Source: Nemertoderma westbladi
Taxonomy: Eukaryota > Animalia > Xenacoelomorpha
Assembly: GCA_032718475.1 (NCBI GenBank)
Contig: JAUCBJ010007841.1
Span: forward strand, 6,950-70,949
DNA: 64,000 nt
Direction of reading: 5' to 3'
Positions within the stretch are counted from its first letter, which is position 1. Each line of letters starts with the position of its first letter. The translations under genes were made by a program, and so were the position numbers. The notes beneath the pieces are model-generated. The model had not been told where the DNA came from, made no database searches, and saw nothing but the letters and a program-made list of their open reading frames with translations. This document shows, piece after piece, positions 12,234-27,090 of the stretch.

Positions 12234-15200
12234 ACAAACTTCTCTCATTCATTTAAACTCACCATAAAACTGTTTATTAGGTGGGAATTGTTTTTTTGAT
12301 AGTAAATTCAAGAGGAATGCTTTGACACGGATATTAATGCGGATTAATTTTAGAGTCGATATGTGGTGGTCGATATTCACGATCAAAGACTAACACAGGA
12401 TCAATTATAACATATCACATTTGTATCCAAGTTGTTTTTCGCTATCTGAAATGAAAATGTTAACATTTCTTTCGTATGAGGTCGACTGGTCCGCACCAGT
12501 TTTTCACCGATAAATTGTGAAGAATTATGAGAGTCTTTTTTAGCCAAAAACTATCATTTTTCGATAACCAATCATTTTGATGATCGAAATTTACAATCGT
12601 AATTTTGACTTTGTACCTGTAATCGGATTACTCGCAAAATTGTTGATTAATTGTATTAAGCTTCTCTATTGATTCCGTCTGTCTTTGAGGCAGTTTAGTT
12701 AGGCCGCGCAGGATTTGCGACTCACACAGGGAGATCGTGTTATGCATTTGTACGTTTTTATAATTTGTTGACGAGATTTAGGATGTAATTTAATTTAATT
12801 TCACTTGAAACTGGTCGAACCGGCTTTTAATTTTATATAGAGAGAAACCATAATATAAAAAGGTTAGAGTTGGGGATCATAAAATTACAGCCACAATATG
12901 GCGGCAAATTATAATTACTTTACTGCTACAGATAACAAATAGTATACAAACGACACGACATCAATATTGCACGAAACCTATTGCAAGTTTGGCTTCATTC
13001 AACTGCAAACAAGGAAAGTGTCAAATGCGGTCATGTTTGGTAAGGTGTAAAGATCATAAGAGAGAATTTTACGAAATGTTTTGGTAACGAAGATCTTAAC
13101 AGTTTCGTAGGAGTCCTGTTTCTATGACAGTAAAAGTAACAATTGGACGAGCAATGATAGGTACTAAATGATTAGAATGCCTTATTCAATAACTTTAAAC
13201 GAACATTGCGCAGCCATTATCCGTCAGTGTACGCATTCATTCATGTGTTTTATCAACTTTTTATATGTAAAATATTATTTGTCAATCCTTACAAGGAAAG
13301 TTCTAAATGAAATGTACATGCATCTTTGCGAGCGAGAGGAATATTTTATAACTTTGTTAAAAATCGCAACTTTGGATTGACCTTTATCTTTTTGTCGGTC
13401 TTTTTGTGTTTTAAGGGGCGACTGGTTTGTGGGAGAGGCTAAGATCACAAGTCACATCCCCCCACCACCAGCCATACATAACTGAAGAAGACTCACTGAC
13501 GGATCTGGACACTCACCCGATAAATCTAAAAAAGTATCCCTTAGATTTATGGACTACTGTATGTGCCACCAAAATGTAAATTATACAGAACGAATAACAG
13601 CGAGGTGGTTACAACTTAGGAAGCAAAAATGAGGTTCCGATAGGTAGTTGCACGGCTCCCTTTATGCATATACAACTCAGAACAAATTTCAAATTACGGT
13701 GGAAGTCACTCATGCGGGAAATGTCTCAATGAGGAAGCGGATGCAATTCGATAATAAAGGAATTATTATTTAAATTATTACTTAAGCAGTCCGGATTGCT
13801 TGAATTACAGGCCGCACCCAATTTTACAGATCAATCTTGAACAACTAATTGGGAATTATTAATAGGGGAAAAGTCAAAATAACGTCATATATCATCAAGG
13901 GTGGGTGGTGAGGCTTTCTCTCTGTCAGGCATTCAAGGCAGTTTTAACGACGTATTTCCATAATATATTTATGTCTTTAGATATCAGTTTCATCAAAGTG
14001 GGCCTCACCGATACGTTGTGGTTTTTGTTTTGGTATCAAATAAGTTAATCCGTGGGTCAGGTTGAGCCTCACCACACTGCCCAGACCATATCGCGCACAT
14101 GAGGTACACCACTCACAACTTGGAAGTGAGATGATGGCCCATGTTATTCAACAATAGGCAATAAAACTAACATTAAACATATTAACGCTGGGCTCATAAT
14201 TTATATGAATTTAGCGGATAAGTTTACTTATTACTTCAAGTAATGACAGTTACCCCCACTACAACATATAAAAATAGAAAGAAAAATACTGTATAGTAAG
14301 CTACATATCACATAAACATGGTTCAGACTAAGATTACCGACACTCAGATTACATCCTCAACTTTTTCAGGAAAGGAATGATAACGGTGTTGTTATGCATC
14401 AATTTTGTCCAGAGGTGATACGGTTGTGAGTACAATTTTTAATGTGCCGCATGTGACATCAAGGAAGTTATTCACATTCAATGTGATGAGATCCCTGAAG
14501 CCTCTTATAATGGGCGGGTCATCACTGTCTGTGTAATCTTGTCATGTCCCATAGGGGCGTGCCCATGATAGAAGTGGCAACTGGTACATCATAATAAGGA
14601 AGCAAAAGTTATATTGCTGTTTTAATAATAGTTTCGTAAATAGAATTCAGCTGACCAGATTAGATGAGGCAACTACTTGTGTTTGGGGTACTTTAAATCC
14701 CTGCGGACTTCAGATCCCTCCGGACTTTATATCCCGGCAGACTTCACCCTGCGGACTTTAGGTCCTACTCGACAGCTTTCGAAGGTAATGGGAGTGGGGT
14801 TCCAAACCCTAATTAATATTATCATGTATCCATAACACTAGGTCATAATCTAAGAAATTGTGAGTAATTTAGGGCATTATTGGCACAACAAGCCCGTTTG
14901 GGATAACTTTTCTAACGGTAAATATTATTGCCCTATTGTTGTTCGCAAATACACAATAAAATAAGAATATAGTTCTGAAATAAGAACGACAAAAAGCACT
15001 GTTAATGATAACCGACACTACAACAATTCAGTGCAGTACACTCAATACACTCCATTAATCCCCCCATTCTTCATAGAGGAGGAATGTAGATTTTCAGCAT
15101 TGCGGAGGTCACACATTGCATCTTCACAGTTGCATATAAATTTATGCCTATTAGAATAGAGATTAGTCACATGATGCCCATGATTATTCTTCTTATAGTT

Positions 15201-17551
15201 TGATAAGTAGGTTTCCTTAAAATCAATCACTTTAGGAAAGTAATGAATTCCCTACTCGGTCATCATTTGACCTCTGAGAAATCCGGTGTAATTTTTTTAC
15301 AAGCTGCGACATGTTTTATAATTAAACATCCTGAAAACACTACCCTTTGCCATAATATAATTAGCATCAACTACTGTGTATTCGTTCGGAGATGGGGTTA
15401 GGGTATCTGAAATCAAAATTTCCTATTATCGTCTATTTGTATCAGCTACTCTCTATTGTACCAGCAAAACTAAAGAATGATATAGGTTCATCCAGAAATA
15501 ATCCTGGCTCATGTTATATCTGAATTATTCAGATACAACATGAGCGGACAACAGCATGCGGATCCAAAGTCACTTGAACTCTCCGCAGTGCAGACAGTTC
15601 AGAAGTAGGGACATTCAGTAGCTCGGAAGTGTGGTGTGAACATGTTTGAACGCAAGCTAAAGAACACAAAGTCTTCCAAGCGCACATGGTTGTGCTTTAG
15701 TCCATGTTATACACGACTTTGCGTCTCGCAAGGCTCGTAAAGTTGTTTTCTAAATAAAGTACTATACGTATACTGGTTAGATTCTTTTTTGTATTATTAT
15801 TCTTTGTTTTATTATAATAATCGTTTAAATCTAAATATATCTCTCTATCTCTGATCGATCAGGGGCCCCCACCAATCATGTGCACAGGGGCCCCCACCAG
15901 GCTTGATCCGGCTCTGTCTGAATATATATAAAAAATAATAGCCAAAACAATCTGAAGTCCAGGTGATCAGTGAGATCGCGAAGTAGGAAGATGGAAAGAA
16001 TATAAAGTAAGGAAATACAGGACGTTATCACTTTGAAGCAGCAATTTGCTGTCAATGCAAGGAGCACTTGTGGAATGTCGGGATTGCATGTCCTATGAAG
16101 TTGGCCAACAATAATTATAGTTTTTTGTTGAGTATGGTGAAGAGAAAAAGCTATTGATGAAATACAATACAATTAAAATGTTCACAAGTCTATTTTATAA
16201 ATCAAAATATTGTCAATTTCTAAATCATTTAATCATCAATCGCTTGTTAATTTTTTCATTGTTATCATTACATTTACATAGTAAGCAAAAACAATAATCA
16301 TGAAAGTGTTACGGTAATTTATTGATGATATATAGGCTAATATGCAGGACAATAGTAAAGCTATAGTAAAGCTAATTAAGGTAGAAAAGCCATGTGTCAC
16401 CGATACTTCTGCAGTCTGATAAAAATGAATTTAATTATTCATGTTTGTTTCCATTTATTTTATGATAGCGTTACGCGCATAGCGGCACACATCAAAGCTG
16501 AGGTTCTAAATAGTAATAGCCTTATTGTTTGCGTTATTAGGCCTATTGGGCAATGTTTATCGAGGAGTGAAAAGTAGATATGCGGATAATGGTATAATGC
16601 GGAAAATGGGAGGATTCGAGAAACGAACGCGCCAAAAGATTTTATCAGAGCTGGTAAACTGTAGTACTAAATAGTTAACGCAAGTTAGAAACTACGCGTT
16701 GCTCGGTAATTCATTACCCCAAACCAATTATGACAAGATTAATGAACTTACTGCGCATCCCTCTACCTAATCGGTATCTGATCTCACAGGATCCGAGAGA
16801 CCTACTACATTCATATATCTTGTAATTAAGTTATATGATGGCAGTGTGACGTGTGATTAATCTAAATATATAAATTACACTTACAGGAGATGAACTCTAC
16901 CTCCCTCATTCATTCATCCAATAGCAACTGCGATAATTGCGATCAATATATTGTACAGCTGTAATGTTATTAGTTTTGATGCGCATTAAATTTTTCCTAC
17001 GAATAACGGGATGTGAATGAAACGGGATTAAACGCTACACCTACGCCCTCGCATAGTTCGTTAGTTAATTTATTGACAGACAGCCAGACAAAACAAAAGC
17101 AGGTAGAAGAAGCACCATAAGGAGTGTCCATCGTATTGTCGTAGATTTAAGCATGTATTCATGCTTGTAATAAATAAACACCTATTGATTTCCGTCATAC
17201 TTTCATTCACCTTAAGACGGTTGATTGTTGATTCTCAAGCTGTTTATTCTCAATTAAATTGCTTGCAATTAAATTAAATTAGTTTGCTGGTTCTCGTTTA
17301 TTGTTTTTGTTCCTTTCAATTCAACACCCGCCTCTCCCTCTGTATTATTTACTAATATCCGTACAAGTAGGTGTAGGTGTGTATGCTTGCTTGAGCACGT
17401 GAATGACTTTTGCTACTTGGGATCATGGATCAGAAAGTCAGTTGAAGACTTTCGGATACGTAAGGGGAAGGCAAGGGCAGCGTTAAATATTTTGTCCAGG
17501 ATTTGCAGGTCCCATAGAATCCACGAAGCTAAGTTGAACGGTGAAAAGTAA

Positions 17552-18190
17552 TGAAGCACAAGTTAATAGTATTATGACTTGGGACCAACACCTACCCCTA
17601 CTATATGACTTATTCTGCGTCCGAATTTAATTGTTCTATTTTGCAGTTACCATGACAACCGCTGAAAACAGATGTTTTTACACAAAAATTACTCATTAGG
17701 ACATAGACTTCGCGATAAAATTTTACGAAACTGGGTATGTGTTATCTGGACCACTAGTTGGAACTTTTAGTGAAACTCAAATCATTCCAGAAATATATAG
17801 TTACCATGTTAACTGTAGTCTATTCAAGTCTATATTCATAACTCTATTTGTAACAGAACTGTAATATATATAAACGTGGGGTTTTGCAACACATATAAGG
17901 TCCATATCCAAGCCGTTCGAGGTTAATTATAAAATCCAGTTACCATAGCAACAAGACTAAACAGATGTTAAAATTTATAAAATGATAATTTGAAGCACAA
18001 GTTAATAGTATTATGACTTGGGACCAACACCTACCCCCACTATATGACTTATTCTGCATCCGAATTACATTGTTCTATTTTTCAGTTTCCATGACAACCA
18101 CTGCAAACAGATGCATTTTGAAAATCGGTAATTTGGACATAAACTACAATATTTTCTGAAACTCGGAAAGTGTTATCTGAACCACAATCT
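17552..18190. repeat. Direct duplication with ~440-bp period (copies start at 17552 and 17991)
   Basis: TGAAGCACAAGTTAATAGTATTATGACTTGGGACCAACACCTACCCC... occurs twice; internal GTTACCATG(A/G)CAAC motifs. Confidence 0.8.
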
Positions 18191-18379
18191 GGACTAAATC
18201 TTATATCAAAGGTTAAACCAACATTTCCAGAGAACTCTAGTTTCCATGGGAATAGAAGTTAATTATTGGCAAATGCTACTAAACTAGGCTAAGCAACAAA
18301 CCAAAGTGTGGACGTTTGTTTAATTTTCCTTAGCTTCGTGGTTGCATTTCCTTTAGGAAATGCCTTTCTAGTAAACGGA

Positions 18380-18870
18380 ACCTTAAGGTTCAATTATTTA
18401 TGACAGCAGTAGAACCAGTACTCTTATATGGGAGTCCATGCTGGGCTCTAACTACAGAGGAAACCAAAATCTGGGTTGCACTTTCACAAGAATGCTGCGC
18501 CGGGTTCATTGTGTCAAGTACAATGCACACATCTCCAATCAGACTCTATATAACATTGGAAGGGTTCCATTAATCTCGCCCAGCTTGACACTTGAACGGA
18601 ACCGCCTCCGCTTTGCAGGACATTGCTTTCGACGTGAGGACCAGCCGCCAGTGCATAATCTTGTGCTTTAGCGTCCTCATGGAGCGAATAAGCATGTTGG
18701 ACAGCTCATAAGTCGCATCTTAAAGGACACTGGCCTTGAAGATGCGGATGATCTAGCAAATGTCATGGGTGATAGGGAGTGTGGCGGCGCAATTTTGTCG
18801 ACAAGCTGGCACAGCATTCTTAATATATATATAATGCAGCTGCAATGCAGCATGCTGAACGTAGCAGTAG
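18380..18870 (+). mobile_element. 5'-truncated RTE-like LINE 3' end
   Basis: FTRMLRRVHCVKYNAHISNQTLYN...RLRFAGHCFRRE closely matches 56000-56497, including the 3' UTR ATGCAGCTGCAATGCAGCATGC and a (TAG)n-like tail. Confidence 0.9.
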
Positions 18871-20142
18871 TAGGTGTAGGCGCAGCGATTACACCGATAA
18901 ATTGAACTAATGAAAATTACTTTTACATTGGATTGTTTCTTAGACTGACCGTAAAATAATAACTATTGTTAATTATTATTAATTTACAAACACTCATCTC
19001 GCTTATGTTTTTTTTTTTACAAAGAATGTATGATTTCCTTTCATTTATAATAAATAACCTCTAGGTTGAATAGTTTTAAAAGTTAACGGTTTGAAATTAT
19101 ATTTATATTATATTTTCTTGTTTTTTTTTCCAAAATTTCGGCCGGAACTATATAACCACAATAATAATTAACATAAACCACAATCGCTATATGTTGTTAT
19201 CACGGTTTACAGATAAATAAAAAATACAAAACCATGATAATGTGATTAATATATCACATTGGTTAAATTATTATTTATTTTCGAAATAATGGAAAGTTAT
19301 TGGCGCCTCTTGTAGCATGTGCGGAAGCCGGATGCCCCGTCTTTCAAGTTGTAAGTAGCAATTAATATTAAAGATTAATGTAATAAGCTAGCTATCAGGG
19401 TCAGCAGCAGGTATTGCTTACTTGATGAAAGAAGATAAGGTGGATCGGTATAATTATAGGTCCATAACAAATCAGTGAGTTCATACAAAACTATTAATAT
19501 TTAACTGCTCCCAGGCTATTTGCGTATTATTTAATTCGAGACAGGGGAAAACTGGACGCAAATCCCATCTTGGCGAATTAATATCCGCCTCAATGGTAAA
19601 TTCTCAATTAAGGGAAAGGAGCAGGTTACAGTGGCACGTTATTTTAACCAAAACAATACACTATACACAATAGAACAGTATACAGTTTTATTTTTGAGAG
19701 TAATCAGCTGTTATTTGAGTCGAATTTCCCCTGGAGAGGGATGAATTGTTATTGCGTCCAGCCCCCCCCCCCCCCCCCTATCTGTTTAATTTACAACCTG
19801 ACTTGATTGCGGTCGGATGTGGAACACCAGAAAAAAAATATTAAGTCAAAACATGAAACGAAAATATTCATACGGATGGCAAGTTGTGTTGTATTTTTCA
19901 TTTATGAAGCCCAAAATATCCCAAACCCGTAGAAATTCTCCTCCACGGATAAATCTAAAAACTCTAAACGGATAGTCATGGTAAAGTATGTATAAACACA
20001 AAGACACTGGCTAGGCCTGATTCGGATATATCTTAGTATCTATTTGTGCACATAGAATTTAAGTTCGCATCTAGGATATCAGTTTTACGTTGGTGTTTTT
20101 GGGTGAATGAGTGGTTTCATATTTAACGATTATTATTTTCAT

Positions 20143-20323
20143 ATAGCGAGTGGTTAAAGACGGCCAAGTACTGTAGGGTTGAGCACAGTGGCAGCATATG
20201 ATGGTATGACAGATGGGAGGCCATGAGGAGGTAAATTGCGGACAAACAAGGTATCAGATAGTATTTCCAGGTCTATCTTTTACCTGAGCCGCTAGCTGAA
20301 TGGTTAGAGCGTCAGACTTCCAA
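20143..20323 (+). mobile_element. tRNA-related SINE-like repeat, family A, copy 3 (truncated in the anticodon-like loop)
   Basis: Matches 7207-7388 and ends at ...CAGACTTCCAA. Confidence 0.8.
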
Positions 20324-22012
20324 AAGTTTGTTCAGGTAGTTGTTTCATTTTGCTCTTTACTTGTTTTACTATGTACCGTAACTCGTATGAATTTGTCTCC
20401 TGTTGACCTGTTAATAAGCGATCGCATCTTACCATTATTGTGGAGAGGCGACATCCTATATAAGTCAGACATTCCTGAGTAGGAAAATTATATATCGATA
20501 AAAATGACACAAACTTGACAGCAATACGAATTCAACAAATACGAATGTATCGAATAAATGTATTAATAAATATTTCGAGTATGTCTCGCGATGAAAATAT
20601 CAATTATGTAGCTCACTTCCACAGTAAAATGCTGACAGGTAAACAAATAGAGGGTGGGTGAGCTCCTGATTGAGGTAAAGTTAAACCTTCTCAGATTTAA
20701 CATAACAACCTCATCATCATAACATGCCAATGTAACATGATACTTTCCCTAATTGATAATTAACAATTTGCATAACAACCTCCACCTGTTCTTTTTTTTA
20801 TACATACGAATACTTAACTAAAATTAATTAAGTTTGTTATTAAAGTTTTTATTATGGGAAAGGAGGGCATTATTTCTCATTAGACAAAGATACGACTTGC
20901 CACTTGTGTACTGCTTTGAAACTGCATTTAACTAACCTCTTCCTTTGCAGAAAATATATTTTTTTTAGAAGATAAACTATAAACTAACAAATATATAAAA
21001 ATAAAATGAATGAAACACTTATTGAATTTTTTTATATTTTTGGAGGCGATATTTTTTAGTGGAGCGAGGAAATTGTTAAGTATTGAATGATATATCTACA
21101 GGACTAGGGTATATCTTTAGCCAGATTATGAAATATAATTTGTTTCAAGTCGTTTTGCGTCTGCCTTTTCTTCTAGATAATACCAAGATCCTTCAAAGAG
21201 CTGTAACTGGAACTTATTTTTCGGAACCCATTTTGATTGCAACTCAGGATCCTTTCAACTGGATCCCTTGGTTCAACATTATTATATTTAATAGCTTAGC
21301 TGATAACGAGATCAGTCTCATTCAAAGGTTCACTCAATTTGTGTTGGGTTTCATTTCTTTGGGACATCAACCAACTTGTTTGTCCTTAATTCTTAATTCT
21401 TAAGGACCATTCTTACATTCATAAATAGAATTAGATTCCGTTGGGTTAGGAATCCCTTAACGTTCAGGCTCACTCAGCTCTCAATCAGGGGTCCTACTGT
21501 AGGGATAGAATCCCGGTGGAGTACCATGGAAAATAATACATTTGTTTGCGATATATTTTGGGTCTAATATACTGTAATAAGGCTATCTCAACAATGTTGG
21601 AGGATAGCATGTGACAATATAGTATAACTTATGGTGCTGAGAGAGGTGGAATTTGATGTAGTTACTCACAATAATAAATAAACAAGAAAGCACCAATACA
21701 CCAATATATGTTCTGTAATATCTGTTCGATATAACACACTATACTATGCATTGTTCATTCATACTCTGTTTGCATAATTGACACACCCTCTCTCCTTAAT
21801 CACTCACTCACGCCATATTGCCCGCCTTCAATACTCGAATATTGTATCCAAGATTATTACTCTTTTATCATATAAATATATAAATAATAATTATTGGTTT
21901 TATATTTAGATAAATCACCAACACCACAGTCTGTATTGGTATTAAATAGTAGCTGCGCATCTGCTGATAAGTATATCATAATTGTTGGTTTTTTTATTAC
22001 ATTTTTGACAGG

Positions 22013-22309
22013 ATGAAGTTATTGATGCCAATTATGATGTTGATGATATTCTCTGTGTTGTTGAGTCTCGTTATGGTTGGCGCCGACGAGGTTGATGAAG
22101 CATCGCCCGAGATTGGCGATGCAAAGCGATCCAACTGGGGCTACAAGAATTCCTGGGTTCGCCGCAGTGACGAGTCTGACGATAAGAGAAGCAACTGGGG
22201 TCGACCAGCTGATTGGACGAGAGGCGTCAGATCGAACTGGATGTCCAAGGCCCAATGGGCAGCGCTAGCTAAACGCAGCAACTGGCTCGGTAAAAGTGCC
22301 TGGCAGTGA
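22013..22309 (+). CDS. Neuropeptide precursor (98 aa) yielding four SNW-x5-W peptides
   Basis: Hydrophobic signal peptide (predicted cleavage VGA/DE), acidic spacers, KR/RR/R cleavage sites, repeated motif, locally high GC, splice acceptor TTTTTGACAG immediately before the ATG. Confidence 0.9.
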   Translation: MKLLMPIMMLMIFSVLLSLVMVGADEVDEASPEIGDAKRSNWGYKNSWVRRSDESDDKRSNWGRPADWTRGVRSNWMSKAQWAALAKRSNWLGKSAWQ

Positions 22310-23259
22310 GTGAGACATATTGCAGGCATTTGAACCTTATACAACTCACTTATCATGTGTAACACTTTACTCGGACTGTGAATACGGTTCTCATTGTTGT
22401 GGCACTAACTATCTGTTGTACCGGTTGCAGTGTAAACTAATAACAAATAATATATAAACAAAAGGTACAATATTATATTTTGTCATTATATTTAATAATA
22501 CATATGGGAAATATGTGTCTTCTAAATCTCAACTAGATATTAAGTATCTACACAATCCACAATACTCCCTTCCTATACAAACAAAGCTTGAGCTAGCAAA
22601 CCTACCATGTAGGCTGGTTAGTAAAGAAGCATGTTACAGAGGCAGGTTGAAAGGTACCATAACAACGAGAGTTAGGAATATTTTAGGGCACCAAAAATAA
22701 TTATACTACTAAAATTTAGCAATGCAGCAGTACATTTAGTTTAGTTTAATACGCCAAATGCAAATAAAAATTAATACATATACTGCACATAAAATATTAT
22801 ATAACACAATGAACTGGGAAATCTATAAGGATTCTCCTCATTTTATTAAGTACTGTAAGTAAGTTACATTCATTAAAGGTGCAAACATATAATAAACAAT
22901 AATCAGATAGTGGGGTTCAAAATTATACGACGTAGATTGTAAATAAAAACCACAATGTTGATGATTTTACTTAGTGCAATAATAAAATATAAACATTAAA
23001 TAATTATTTGGCACGTTATGATTAAAAATATTTAATTATATATAATTATGTTAAAAACGAAAAGGTAAAAACTTTGATGTGGGCAACAGTATAAAAAACA
23101 AAAAATAATAATAATAAAAATACTGGGCACTTCATTTGAAAATATTAAAAACAAAGAACCTGATATTTAATTAAGTAAAAATTGTAATTACAATGATAAA
23201 AATGTAAAATTTAATATAAGTACCGATGGTAAACTGGTTGTAAACTTGTCTAACTGGTT

Positions 23260-23680
23260 TATTACTATAAATATTCATTTTCGACTTCATGGCACAATCA
23301 AGACGATTTTTAAATAAGTTTACACAAGGAATACCATGTAAATCTAGAGCATTAACGACATTCTCATCCAACATGTTCCATAAGTTTATCACACGAGACG
23401 CAAAACTGTTAGTGTGGAACAGATGTTGATCAATGATGAACCTCTTGTCGAATATGAGTGACGCTGGCTTCTGAGTTTAAAAAAAGTTACTAAAGTCTAT
23501 GTTATCAAGTTTGTGAACAAACTTATATATTTATATCATGTCCGCTCTAACTCGTCTGTAAATCAGTGTCGGTATTTTAAGTAAACGAAGACGCTCCTCA
23601 TATGACAGATGCTGTAGTGAAGGTACCATACGGATTGCGCGGTGCTGCACTTGTCCTATGTGCTCGATATCGTTCTAGAG
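23260..23680 (-). mobile_element. Degenerate CR1/L2-like LINE ORF2 3' end
   Basis: Minus-strand translation ERLRLLKIPTLIYRRVRADMI...INLWNMLDENVVNA...VNLFKNRLD, typical of the post-RT region of this group. Confidence 0.7.
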
Positions 23681-24989
23681 ATACATTGAGATTGTAACAC
23701 TTGGGGGGTACCTATGAGAGACCTCCAATGCTGTATTGTGTCTGGTCGGAGATCTATGCATTGTACTTGACCCAGTGAACCTGAAGTAACATTATTGGGT
23801 GTGTCATCCATAGATTTGGTATCCTCAGAACTTCCAAAATCCTGCCATACAATACTGCTCTATGGCTTTCCCTTAGGTATTCTAAGGTCCTCATTTTACA
23901 TCCATGATCCATGGTAACAGAAGTCATACACACACTCAAACACGTTCGTGGGGCCTTCGCGCAGGACGAGGCCCAGTTATGAGATACAAATTAAAATTGA
24001 GCGACTGTATCACAAAATCAGTATTTGAGAAATTTAACCATACCGACAATCAATCAAAGAAAGGGGGACAGTACGTGTTCAGCCCTTTTAATCTGCACCC
24101 CCCCCCCCCCCCCCCCCCTTCCTACCAACCAATACATAACCGCGACATCTACCACCCAAGGGGCGGAAGGGTAGCACAAACTTATTTCCAATCACACGTT
24201 CAATATGCGAAGCCATGTGGTTTATAGGAAATATCGAGAATTCGAGAAAATCGAGAATACGAGAAACTTGATCGAAATACCTGCTCATCCCAGTATCCGT
24301 CCGTAGTCACCGGACAGCTGCGGTTTATTCCCGTAGAACAGTAGAATTCCCGCAGCTTCCGACCCAATTCGACAACGAATTCGCCTCACACTTTCGCGTG
24401 GCAGAGAACGTAATCCGGTACGATACACGTCTGCCCGACTTTCAACAATTTCCCCCAGGCGATCCCAGGATCCGGCTGTCCGGGCCGCCGCTAAACCCAA
24501 ATCGCAATCCTCGTCGATTCGTCCAGTCGTCGACGTAAGTCGGACTCTTCCCACCGCACTCCAAGGTGGGTGGCCTGAGTGAGGCATGAGGAACTTGGCA
24601 GTGGCCCGCATTACGATCCGACCGACCGCCGTATTCCCAGTGTAGTAAATATAATCTTACTGACAAGCAAGCAATTCCGTAGTATTTATTCCTCAGTTAA
24701 TCGCATCTTGATGCCACTCGGCTGCTCGGGTCCAGATACATCGGACTGTCGGAAGCTGTTTAGATGAAGAAGTTGTTTAGATGGCCTTGCCAACGACCAA
24801 CGACCTGAAGACGGTACCGGTAACTCTGTACCACTGTAACAGTTAACAGTACCGGTACCGTACTGTAATCCTGTAGTCTCCTAGCAACCAGCTGATGCCA
24901 AGCCTAATAATTTTTGGGTAGATTAATTTATTATAACTGTAAGACAGTTACACAGATGCTGCACGAAGACCCCACGCAAATTCAACTTG

Positions 24990-25195
24990 GAAAATTTCTA
25001 AACTTTGGCCAGACTACATGTGTACCAAGTTTGGTTAAATTTCATTAACATTTGGCTGAGTTATTAACGTTTAAAATTGGACACGACAGACGACAGAACA
25101 ACAGATCGACAGAACAACAGATCACAGAGCAACAGACACACCGATTGAGTTAGTGGTACCTGTATGCTAAGCTCGCTTACTTTCGTCGCTCGCCC
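24990..25195 (+). mobile_element. Possible Helentron/DINE-like non-autonomous element end
   Basis: TGTGTACCAAGTTTGGTT motif, ACAGA-type microsatellite and terminal GCTCGCTT...GCTCGCCC; resemblance only. Confidence 0.35.
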
Positions 25196-26764
25196 CACAC
25201 ACCATTCTTAAAGCTGATGGTTATACAATTGCACATTTCCTGAGAACTGTCGAACTACCGGTTTTAATAGCCTTAGGAGGCAGTGGGTTGTGCTCCCTCT
25301 AGTAATTCATTTACGTGCTAGGCTTGATTTCCTTGACTTGTGGTTCCAGTAGATTGTGGTACCATAACCCCATCCTCAAGTGGAAGTGTGACAGAGGATT
25401 CCCCACAAAACTTCAAATATATCTGTATAATAATCAATGGATGACATAAATGTCATCAAATCGTATAGTGAGTGATCTTTCTGAAAATAATAATAATATA
25501 TAGAGTGCCAATCATGCCATTTCAAGGAAGATTGATTAGCTCTGCTTGCATGGAGACTAAGTATTGCCTTTGCTACAAAAAGATGATGATCATTTGTGAA
25601 GGGTCGAAGAGAACAGTCCTGTACAGAGCTCCTGTATTTCTTATGGAACAGGATAACGTCGATAGAAAGATAGATTTATTTATACATTATATAAAACAAT
25701 AACACATACAGTACACCAAACAATGTACAGATATTGCCAAACATAATATATAGGATTACCCCTAAAGCTTTGCAGTTATTTCCAAGGGCGTAAATGATTG
25801 TGAAATGGAGCAAGTGGCCCTAAATGTGAAATGATATCTGTGAATGATATCAAGGGAACACAGATATCACAATCCCTCTAAAGTCGTGGTTGTCTAACAT
25901 CATATAATTACTAATTTCTTTGACAGGTTAATTGAGGGTGATGATAATTATAGATTTGCCACTGGCTTGTTATTTTATATCCTTGGAATATACCAACGAA
26001 CGATACCTTTCCACCAACTCTCCTTTGACTGTGTTTGTAAACTTAGCCACAATAGCGCAGAAAATAAGTACCACGTTCTCCACTTTACAAATGATCCTAC
26101 TCTTTCCAGTCTAGCAGCTGCATCCCATACAGTCTAACATCCCATACAGTCAAATCATACAAATCATATCAATTGCCCCACATGTGGGCGTATTTTTTAA
26201 AAAACGTTATCAATATCCAATTATATAATAATTAAATAAATCTAAAAATCGTCCTCTACTTGTAAATAAGTGAAATAATTAAAATAATTACTATAAATCC
26301 ATATCTGAAGTTATTACTGTCTATAAACTGTGCAAAATTCACATAATTTGATTTTCACCCCAGGGGCTGTAGTGGCCAATCACTATTGTTCAGGCAGTGT
26401 AGCTGTAGAGTGGGCAACTTTTTACCAACTTGACAATGCAAGGTGATGAAGCCACTGTAGTGCCAGTTGAAGTAGAGTCGGTATAACACAGTTGGTGGGA
26501 ATCACGAGTAGTGGCATCTGAGAATAAACCACCATATAGTATGTTCGCATTCGAAGAATTCATGAGGCCTCACTTCGAAGGCCGTCCAGCTATCCTCGCG
26601 CTCCTCTATTACACAGTTATCAGAAGCACATGAGTTATATCCAGAGCTGAGCATTCATGAATCCCACAAAGTAAAAAATAATCTTAAATATGTGCAAACT
26701 GGTATACAGGTGAGGATTGGAAAATAGTTGTAGGGAGTTAATTGGTAGTTCTCAATTCTCCTGA

Positions 26765-27090
26765 TTCAGAAGTTCGGTCGTCCACGGGTAGGCTTTCCAT
26801 GAGTTGGTTTCCAGAGAAGTAGATCTGGTATGACCTCGTCTTTACTTCGCCAGCAGTGCCCACTGAATCTTAATCTGCGTTCACGGAGGGTGGTTGATAC
26901 AGGTGGTATAGTACCATAAATCTCGGCGTTTGTCATGTGTTCCCTCCAGATGATGTTTAGAGGGCTGCTCTTAGTAGTCTTGTGTAGCAACCATCAATTC
27001 GTTGTTCAAGTGATTTCGTCAGTGTCCAGGTCTCACCCCCGTATAAAGTACACTTTCCACTGTGGCTCGAAAGAACTTAGTCTTCAGTTA
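26765..27090 (-). mobile_element. RTE-like LINE fragment (second subfamily)
   Basis: LNIIWREHMTNAEIYG...RERRLRFSGHCWRSKDE...LLLWKPTHG...GRP. Confidence 0.8.

Noticed and set aside
24270-24800. GC/CpG-rich island with short ORFs
   Set aside because: No recognisable domain and stops in all plausible frames; cannot be assigned
24805-24865. Hammerhead-ribozyme-like CTGAAGA followed by a GGTACCGGT stem
   Set aside because: The required GAAA after stem II is absent (GTAC), and no stems I/III were found
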